64,000 bases of DNA from an uncultured Clostridium sp. Its GTDB lineage: Bacteria; Bacillota; Clostridia; TANB77; CAG-508. Below, piece by piece: positions 18,450 to 24,908 of the stretch. Made by a program: the position numbers and the translations under genes. The stretch is taken from contig CAMUZZ010000002.1 in the NCBI GenBank assembly GCA_947165355.1, positions 519-64,518 on the forward strand, written 5' to 3'. The notes under the pieces are model-generated. The model was not told where the DNA came from. It made no database searches and saw only the letters and a list, made by a program, of their open reading frames with translations. How positions within the stretch are numbered: the first letter of the stretch is position 1; every line of letters begins with the position of its first letter.

Positions 18450-19748
18450 CTACATTTCTATGTCTTTTTTAGTAATGCTCATATCTTTGAATGCTGAATA
18501 TACATCCTCAATTTTCATTACCATTTTCTTACCATCTTTAGTTCTCTCAACTTCAACGTATCCATCTTCAGTATTGTTACCTAGTATTGCAATATATGGA
18601 ATACCTAATATTTTTGCATTTCTTATTTTTTCTCCGATAGAACCCTTTACATCATCTATTATTACCTCAACATCATTGTCTAAAAGCTTTGTATACATAT
18701 CTTCTGCAACATCTTTCTTTTTATCGTTGCTAATTATGTATAAATAATATGGTGTTACAGATACAGGTAGTGAATATCCTACAACATTACCATTTTCAGT
18801 AATTATGTTGTTTTCGTAAATTAATCCTAAAACTCTGCTAACTCCTATTCCATAGCATCCCATGTAGAAAGGTGCTCTGTTATTATCGTTATCAATATAT
18901 TTTATGTCCATAGAATCTGAATATTTTGTTCCTAATGCAAAAATATGTCCAAGCTCGCAAGCTTTTTCTTCTTTTAATTTTTTAACATCATCAATATTAT
19001 ACGTTTCTTTTAAATATTCTTCTGCATTTTCTTTTTCTAAAACTTCAACATTTAGTCCTTGATTTGACTCTTTATCGTATAAAATAGTATCTTCTCCAAT
19101 TCTAGAAAGAGCCATTATTTCCTCTGATCTTTTTCCACCCATTGCACCATTATCTGCTGCAACTGCAACTATATCCATACCAATTTCACTAAATGTTTTA
19201 AAATATGTTTCTCTAACTTTGTTATAAGAATCCATCATTCCTTGTTCGTCTCTGTCAAAAGTGTATAAATCGAACATTAAGAATTCTTTTCCTCTTAGCA
19301 AATAACCTCTGTTTCTTATTTCATTTCTAAATTTTGCTCCTATTTGATAGTATCCAACTGGCATTTGCTTATGAGAAGTTACTCTATTTTCTGCAAACAC
19401 TGTTATTGCTTCTTCAGCTGTTGGAGCTAAGCAATATGTTCCTTTATCTGTTTCAGAAGTCATCATAACACCTTCTTCAACATATTTTTCAAATCTTCCA
19501 GATCTTTCCCATATTTCTTTTTGTTGAATTAATGGCATTTGAACTTCTATAAAATCTGCTCTGTTAAAATTTTTCTTTATAATTTCTTCTACGTTGTCTT
19601 GTACTTTAAGTGGTATGTTATCGTAGGCATACACTCCGCTTCCATATTGTTTTACTTGACTTGTTTGAATTAATATATCCTGTGCTGGATACATTTCGTC
19701 TAAATTACTTAATTTTACGCTTTTCATTCCCATTTTTGAAATTCTCAT
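18450..19748 (-). CDS. proS: Proline--tRNA ligase, short bacterial-type form lacking the INS editing domain
   Basis: 432 aa. LAPTAEEAIT, YQIGAKFRNEIRNRGYLLRGKEFLMFDLYTF (motif 2) and GCYGIGVSRVLG (motif 3). Start at MRISKMG (19748) behind AAGGGGAG. A T-box with a CCU specifier candidate lies upstream. Confidence 0.8.
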   Translation of the reverse strand: MRISKMGMKSVKLSNLDEMYPAQDILIQTSQVKQYGSGVYAYDNIPLKVQDNVEEIIKKNFNRADFIEVQMPLIQQKEIWERSGRFEKYVEEGVMMTSETDKGTYCLAPTAEEAITVFAENRVTSHKQMPVGYYQIGAKFRNEIRNRGYLLRGKEFLMFDLYTFDRDEQGMMDSYNKVRETYFKTFSEIGMDIVAVAADNGAMGGKRSEEIMALSRIGEDTILYDKESNQGLNVEVLEKENAEEYLKETYNIDDVKKLKEEKACELGHIFALGTKYSDSMDIKYIDNDNNRAPFYMGCYGIGVSRVLGLIYENNIITENGNVVGYSLPVSVTPYYLYIISNDKKKDVAEDMYTKLLDNDVEVIIDDVKGSIGEKIRNAKILGIPYIAILGNNTEDGYVEVERTKDGKKMVMKIEDVYSAFKDMSITKKDIEM

Positions 19749-19993
19749 AATTAATCTCCCCTTTACTTTTATTTTGCGTGAAAAAACAAAAAGGACAGTA
19801 CCTAAGGCGTGCATAGCACGGTACCATCCTCTATTTAACTTTATAATTTTAACGGTTTTAAACCGGAAATAGTTTTCTATTTCACTTATAGGTAGGAATT
19901 AAACAATATTATAATTTGGTTTTCACTGTCCCAAACTCACTATATATAAGAGCTTATTTAATTATGTCCTAATCAACGTTTTTTATTTAACTT
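19749..19993 (-). promoter_or_regulatory. T-box riboswitch leader (Pro specifier candidate)
   Basis: T-box AGAGGATGGTACCGTGC overlaps a terminator ending in TTTTTGTTTTTT. The candidate specifier is CCT in TTAATTCCTACC. The promoter TTGACT-17-TGATATAAT is at 20000-20028. Confidence 0.75.
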
Positions 19994-20030
19994 GCGTGCA
20001 TTATATCATTTCTAGTTTTAAAAGTCAACA

Positions 20031-20058
20031 AAAAACGGGGCGGACATACATCCACCCC
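20031..20058 (-). terminator. Terminator of cassette C
   Basis: Minus strand reads GGGGTGGA-TGTATG-TCCGCCCC followed by GTTTTT. Confidence 0.65.
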
Positions 20059-20066
20059 ATAGAAAC

Positions 20067-20330
20067 TCACTTGAACGCTTCCGCGTTCTCGGATTCTGCT
20101 GCCGACTGATTACAAACTTTTTCCGCAATCTTACGGAGAAGCTCCGTTTGCTTGCGCTGTTCATCCAGGAGTAACATAATGCAATTCTCTACGTTATGCA
20201 TCTCCTGCATAATGTCCTGGCTCTTATTTGCCGTATAGTCTGTTGCTTCCGAAGATTTTTTTACAATTCCCCGAATGTCCATCAGCGCCTCTAAAATCCG
20301 AGGCATTTCGTAATCGTAATTGCCGCCCAT
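20067..20330 (-). CDS. GC-enriched small helical protein C (87 aa), unknown family
   Basis: Start set at MGGNYDYEMPRILEAL (20330) behind AAAGGAG. The longer track ORF has no SD. Confidence 0.5.
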   Translation of the reverse strand: MGGNYDYEMPRILEALMDIRGIVKKSSEATDYTANKSQDIMQEMHNVENCIMLLLDEQRKQTELLRKIAEKVCNQSAAESENAEAFK

Positions 20331-20400
20331 GGTGAGCTCCTTTCTCCAGCAATGCTGGTTAAAAATTTTTACATGTGACATATCTGCCACATCCAATATA

Positions 20401-20429
20401 ATTATACCATTTTTATGTTAACCGGTCAA
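20401..20429 (-). promoter_or_regulatory. Sigma-A-type promoter of cassette C
   Basis: Minus strand: TTGACC, 17 nt, TGGTATAAT. Confidence 0.5.
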
Positions 20430-20481
20430 ATTTAAACCCTTATAACTATTGCTTTCAACATGCTTTTTCTTATTCTTCTTA

Positions 20482-21963
20482 TTATAATGAAAATATTTTT
20501 ATTCGCTTATCAATAATGCAACTTTGTATATTGTTCCTTCTATATGACTTAATTCTGTATTCATTCTTTCCATTAAATATAAATTTTACAACTTTTGTAT
20601 AATCAGTATCGCTTATTGGACCCTTTTCTTCTATTTCAATAGTTGCATTACACTGTTTTAAAGTCTCAAAAGTCGTAATAAAACCAATACCAGAACCTCC
20701 TGTATCTTTGTGAGTAGTTGCTGGCTCAATTCCTAATTTTGCTAAAGTTTCTATTTCAAACTCAATGCCAGTGTCTGATATACATAGCTCATAGTATTTT
20801 TCGTTTAAACCAATAAAAGTAAATATTTTTTTATTACTACTATCAATTGAATTAATTGCGATTATAGCATCTTTAATATGATCACCTATCATCGTTTCTA
20901 ACTGTTCTTTTGATATTAGCGCATTAATCATGTGATGTATGTTACCGCTTACTTTTAAGTTAAACTCTATGTTGTTTTGAACACACTCATCTTGCATGTA
21001 TTTGAACATATCATCAATTTCACTAATATCAGTTTTTGGAAGCTCAATTATCAATCTATTTTCTTTTAGCTTATTAGAATGTTCTTTTGTTAACTCTTGT
21101 ATTCTAGATAATATTTCGTTATCTTCAGCGAACTCTGTATCTGCTTTTTTTAATTTTTCATTTACCATTTTTTCAAGAGCTCTCTGACGATTATAAAACT
21201 CATGATTTATTTTACTAACACGGAATGATTCTTCAGTTAATCGTTTTATCTCTGAATCTTTCTCTTGAATTTTAAGCTCATAATCTTTTATAGTGTCGTT
21301 GGTTAGTTTTTGTTTATAATACATTACTATAGTTTTTTGAATTATAACTGTAGTTAATACTCCAAGTAGTATATAAAACCAAAATAACGATTTATATATC
21401 ATTTCATTAGCATAAGTAATAAATGTATACACTAACACTAAAACAATACTAATATTTATTACAGCAATATCAATGTATTCATTTTGTCTCTGTAAGAAGA
21501 TAAATCCATCCTTTAGCCTTCTGGTTTTAAAAATAAAAAACAAAAACATTGCTTCTACTACTTCAATTAAAATTACATTAATTACCAAGCTTATATTATT
21601 ATCTGCTTTAATCAATAATGCTCTTTGGAATACCACAAATTCAATTATTGCAGAAATAACCATTAGTATTAAGGAAACAGCATTGGAAATCATGATTCCA
21701 ACAGTTACGTTTCCCGTCTTTTTCTTGGTAATTGCTTTTATTGCAATTGTTTCAAATATACAAATCATTATCACACTTACAATAATATCAAACACTGTTC
21801 TAAGCAAAAGATACATAATTGTTGACAGAATAACTAGAATACCCATATAAATTTTTTGATATAGTTTAGTATTTTTATAGTTATTAATCTTAAAAAAAAT
21901 CAAAATTGCATAAAAATTTATAAATACAATTTTTACGATATAATTAAAATAATCTACGTTCAT
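20482..21963 (-). CDS. Polytopic sensor histidine kinase (about 6-7 TM, coiled coil, GHKL ATPase)
   Basis: Start at MNVDYFNY (21963) behind GGAGG. Candidate H-box SKINHEFYNRQ. C-terminal ISDTGIEF...GGSGIGF ATP-binding motifs. Confidence 0.8.
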   Translation of the reverse strand: MNVDYFNYIVKIVFINFYAILIFFKINNYKNTKLYQKIYMGILVILSTIMYLLLRTVFDIIVSVIMICIFETIAIKAITKKKTGNVTVGIMISNAVSLILMVISAIIEFVVFQRALLIKADNNISLVINVILIEVVEAMFLFFIFKTRRLKDGFIFLQRQNEYIDIAVINISIVLVLVYTFITYANEMIYKSLFWFYILLGVLTTVIIQKTIVMYYKQKLTNDTIKDYELKIQEKDSEIKRLTEESFRVSKINHEFYNRQRALEKMVNEKLKKADTEFAEDNEILSRIQELTKEHSNKLKENRLIIELPKTDISEIDDMFKYMQDECVQNNIEFNLKVSGNIHHMINALISKEQLETMIGDHIKDAIIAINSIDSSNKKIFTFIGLNEKYYELCISDTGIEFEIETLAKLGIEPATTHKDTGGSGIGFITTFETLKQCNATIEIEEKGPISDTDYTKVVKFIFNGKNEYRIKSYRRNNIQSCIIDKRIKIFSL

Positions 21964-21997
21964 GTAAACCTCCAATTTTATTGGGTTTATTATATCG

Positions 21998-22044
21998 AAA
22001 ATAAAAAAAATAATCAACATAACTGTTTAACCAATTATGTTGAT
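21998..22044 (-). terminator. Hairpin terminator between the 13-codon ORF and the kinase
   Basis: Minus strand reads ATCAACATAA-TTGGTTAAACAG-TTATGTTGAT followed by TATTTTTTTTATTTT. Confidence 0.6.
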
Positions 22045-22055
22045 TTTTCTTAAAA

Positions 22056-22097
22056 CTAGATACCCATTATATATCTTATCCACTCCCAGAAGCTCAT
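22056..22097 (-). CDS. Candidate 13-aa peptide MSFWEWIRYIMGI
   Basis: ATG lies 6 nt after GGGAGGTGA, the stop is TAG, and its own terminator follows. Very short, so speculative. Confidence 0.3.
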   Translation of the reverse strand: MSFWEWIRYIMGI

Positions 22098-22322
22098 ATC
22101 TCTCACCTCCCGTTTCCTTTTGTTATTTCAAAAATATCATTGATAACGGGCATTTGCGGTGATTTGATGGACTGCACTTTTAGTAGAAAAATGTTTATAA
22201 TATGACAAAATATGATAATCAACAACAAAAAAAGAGCAAACCTTATTTTATTTAAGATTTGCTCTTAGATAGATTTATTTACTGTAAAAAAAAGCTTATA
22301 CTAATCGTATAAGCTTTTTTTA

Positions 22323-23099
22323 TTAAATTGTCTTTTTAATTTTGTCTGCATAGTAATATATAAATTCTGTTGGAGTTGGAACTCCAGTTTCATAATTAAT
22401 TCTTGCTGTATATAAATTGGTTAAATCTTCTATTGAAGAAATTCTCCATGCATGTAGTATTGCATTTTGCATTGCTCTGCTAATTGTGCTGCTAGCTCTT
22501 TTGTATTTTGAAACTAAATACTGTACAACCGGAATTGTTTCACCGTTGTCTGCATTTTTAATAACGTAATATATTGCATCAGCCAGATACTTTCTTCCTT
22601 TTAAGTGCATAGCAACACCAATTAAATCAAGCTCTTCATTAATTCTTTTAGAAATTACATCTTCTTCAGAATCTTCAAAATCAAGTTTTGCTTGGTTGGC
22701 TGTAGTTATTTTTCCACCACATTCATTCAAAAGTAGTAATGTATTCAACACATTCTCATGAGAAAAGTTAGCTTGATTCTTATAAAATATAAAATCTATT
22801 TTGTTTTTGTGAAGATAATTATAAACTGATTCAGAATATATGTTAGTAGTTACGATAATTTGGGGCATTTTTTCAGGCTTTTGGTCTTTTAATCCTTGAA
22901 TAAAATCAAAACCGCTACCTTCTCCTTCAGTTAATTCTAAGTCCAGTATAACTGCATCTGGGCTAAAGTTCTTAACGTGTTTTAAGCCTTCTGTTGAAGA
23001 GTTTGTAACTGCTACAATTTCTATGTTGTCCTTCATTTTAGCAATATCAGTATACTTTTTACATTCATTTGCATCATCTTCTACTATTAATATTCTCAT
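22323..23099 (-). CDS. Spo0A-like response regulator (REC + Spo0A_C-type DNA-binding domain)
   Basis: The REC domain has DAVILDLELTEG. The C-terminal LIGVAMHLKGRKYLADAIYYV, STISRAMQNAILHAWR and PTPTEFIYYYADKIK parallel B. subtilis Spo0A IGVPAHIKGYLYLREAI, SRVERAIRHAIEVAW and PTNSEFIAMVADKL. Confidence 0.85.
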   Translation of the reverse strand: MRILIVEDDANECKKYTDIAKMKDNIEIVAVTNSSTEGLKHVKNFSPDAVILDLELTEGEGSGFDFIQGLKDQKPEKMPQIIVTTNIYSESVYNYLHKNKIDFIFYKNQANFSHENVLNTLLLLNECGGKITTANQAKLDFEDSEEDVISKRINEELDLIGVAMHLKGRKYLADAIYYVIKNADNGETIPVVQYLVSKYKRASSTISRAMQNAILHAWRISSIEDLTNLYTARINYETGVPTPTEFIYYYADKIKKTI

Positions 23100-23136
23100 A
23101 AATAATTTCTCCCTCTATTTATCAATTTCACCTTTT

Positions 23137-23153
23137 GTCATTTTTTGTCATTT
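23137..23153. promoter_or_regulatory. Tandem TGTCATT boxes (0A-box-like) in the RR/XRE divergent promoter region
   Basis: TTTTGTCATTTTTTGTCATTTT holds two copies 10 bp apart. A third TTTTGTCAT lies on the minus strand at 22202-22208, upstream of the 13-codon ORF. Confidence 0.35.
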
Positions 23154-23298
23154 TTTATTATCATTTCATATCATACAACATTTTCTTTAATTGTTTAAAC
23201 TACATATGATTAAAACTTTAATCACAGGTTTAAAAAAGTGAATTTTTACATGGTTAGTTTTATTCAAAATCAACATTTTCAGAAAAAGGATGATAAAC

Positions 23299-23613
23299 AT
23301 GAAGGAAGAAATTGGAAAAAGAATTAAAAATGCTAGAGAAAATATGCATATGACAAAAGAAAGCTTTGCTAAAGAAATTGGAATTACCGGACAATACCTA
23401 GGAATTCTGGAAAAAGGTCAAAGCTACTTATCAGTGGAAAAACTAAAGAAATTGTGCGACTTAACAGGCTTATCTGCAGATTATATTTTATTTGGAAAAA
23501 CTATAACTATTGCTCATGACACCCAAAAAGTACTTTCCGGTTTTTCAGACGAACAAATTGCCAATGCTTGCAATACTTTAAAAGATTTAGCTTTGCTTAT
23601 AAAAAATGCATAG
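23299..23613 (+). CDS. XRE-family HTH transcriptional regulator
   Basis: MTKESFAKEIGITGQYLGILEKGQSYLSVEKLKKLCDLTG is a Cro/C1-type HTH. Confidence 0.8.
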   Translation: MKEEIGKRIKNARENMHMTKESFAKEIGITGQYLGILEKGQSYLSVEKLKKLCDLTGLSADYILFGKTITIAHDTQKVLSGFSDEQIANACNTLKDLALLIKNA

Positions 23614-23732
23614 CCTTATAAAAAAACATTACCTACCTTGAATATATTGTTTTTATTTTGAAAATAATATATTGACACAAAAATAGTTTATTGTTAGAAT
23701 GCTCTCTATATTAATTAGGGAGTTTTTTAACA

Positions 23733-23930
23733 ATGGATAACACAAATGAAACAATAAACGACGTATTTAAATCTGAAGAATATTTAAACAATGCCATGAA
23801 AATTGATACAATTAGTAAAGTTTTAATTGAACACTCTGATGTTCCAGAAGAGCTTGTAAATTGGCTTATTGAAGCTGTTAAAGACAACACCTGGCTTGAA
23901 GCAAGAGCTAAATATAACATACACAATTAA
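23733..23930 (+). CDS. Small hypothetical protein (65 aa)
   Basis: Own promoter TTGACA-17-TGTTAGAAT, SD AGGGAG and a strong hairpin terminator (AAGTCACTTACCAAAA...TTTTGGTAAGTGACTT). Host-like composition. Confidence 0.5.
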   Translation: MDNTNETINDVFKSEEYLNNAMKIDTISKVLIEHSDVPEELVNWLIEAVKDNTWLEARAKYNIHN

Positions 23931-24010
23931 AAAAGTCACTTACCAAAAATAAACTTTTGGTAAGTGACTTAATTGTTGATGAAATTTTTTTTATTTCAAA
24001 TTTGTTTGTT

Positions 24011-24805
24011 TTATTTTAAACTCAATTTATTTCTAACATACTCGTAAATCATAATTCCTGCAGCAACAGAAGCATTTAAGCTTTCAGTTTTTCCAAGCAT
24101 TGGAATTTTAACTTTTTTATCAGCAATTTCTTTTATTTCTTCTGAAACTCCATTTGCTTCATTTCCGATAACAATTACTTTTTTCATATAGTTAACATCG
24201 TATATGCTTTCATTTGTATCTAACGCTGTAACTACAATATCAAATCCGTTATCTTTCATTTTCATTAAATCATCTACTAAATTTTCAGATCTGATAACAT
24301 TTACTCTAAAAATTGCACCCATGGTAGATCTAACAACTTTAGAATTAAAAACATCCGCAGTTTCTTCAGAAACTATTATTTGTTTTATGTTTGCACTATC
24401 AACTGTTCTAAGAATTGTACCTAAATTTCCTGGATCTTGTATTCCATCTAATACAATTATTACATCTTCTTTATAATTAATTTTTTGAGTTTTTTCTGCT
24501 CTTTTTATAACAGCTAAAATCCCCTGTGGATTCGAAACATCAGTCATAGTATTAAATACATTGCTACTAACATACACAATGTTTTCTTTTGCTATCTCGT
24601 ATACTAATTTTTTGCACAATGTGTCTTCTTTCATACAGTCTTCGCATACAACAATTGTTTCAATATTAGCCTTTTCTTGAATTGCCTCTTCTATTAGTTT
24701 AGCACCTTCAATAATATATTTTCCTGTTGCATCTCTGTATTTTTTTTCCTTTAACTTTTTTATAGTTTTAACTAATTCGTTGTCTTTGCTTGTTATAACT
24801 TGCAT
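24011..24805 (-). CDS. TrmH/SpoU-family RNA 2'-O-methyltransferase
   Basis: GNEANGVSEE and ESLNASVAAGIMIYE motifs. Start at 24805 behind AGGAGGTGG. Confidence 0.85.
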   Translation of the reverse strand: MQVITSKDNELVKTIKKLKEKKYRDATGKYIIEGAKLIEEAIQEKANIETIVVCEDCMKEDTLCKKLVYEIAKENIVYVSSNVFNTMTDVSNPQGILAVIKRAEKTQKINYKEDVIIVLDGIQDPGNLGTILRTVDSANIKQIIVSEETADVFNSKVVRSTMGAIFRVNVIRSENLVDDLMKMKDNGFDIVVTALDTNESIYDVNYMKKVIVIGNEANGVSEEIKEIADKKVKIPMLGKTESLNASVAAGIMIYEYVRNKLSLK

Positions 24806-24870
24806 TTTCCACCTCCTACTGTAATCTTTGTTTGACTTAAACAAAAACTTACTCAATACTTTAATTTTAC

Positions 24871-24908
24871 GTAAACTTTAATTTTTTGCTTCGTCCCCAA
24901 AATTCAAG
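24871..24908 (-). repeat. Copy R4 of the GGGGACGG-core repeat
   Basis: Minus strand reads CTTGAATTTTGGGGACGAAGCAAAAAATTAAAGTTTAC. It encodes the mfd C-terminus FGDEAKN and its stop. Confidence 0.7.

Noticed and set aside
22140-22200. Plus-strand mini-ORF MDCTFSRKMFII, considered as an AgrD-like Cys-containing autoinducer
   Set aside because: It has no convincing SD (3-nt spacing), no amphipathic leader or charged tail as in AgrD, and no agrB nearby. It is also on the wrong strand relative to the kinase.
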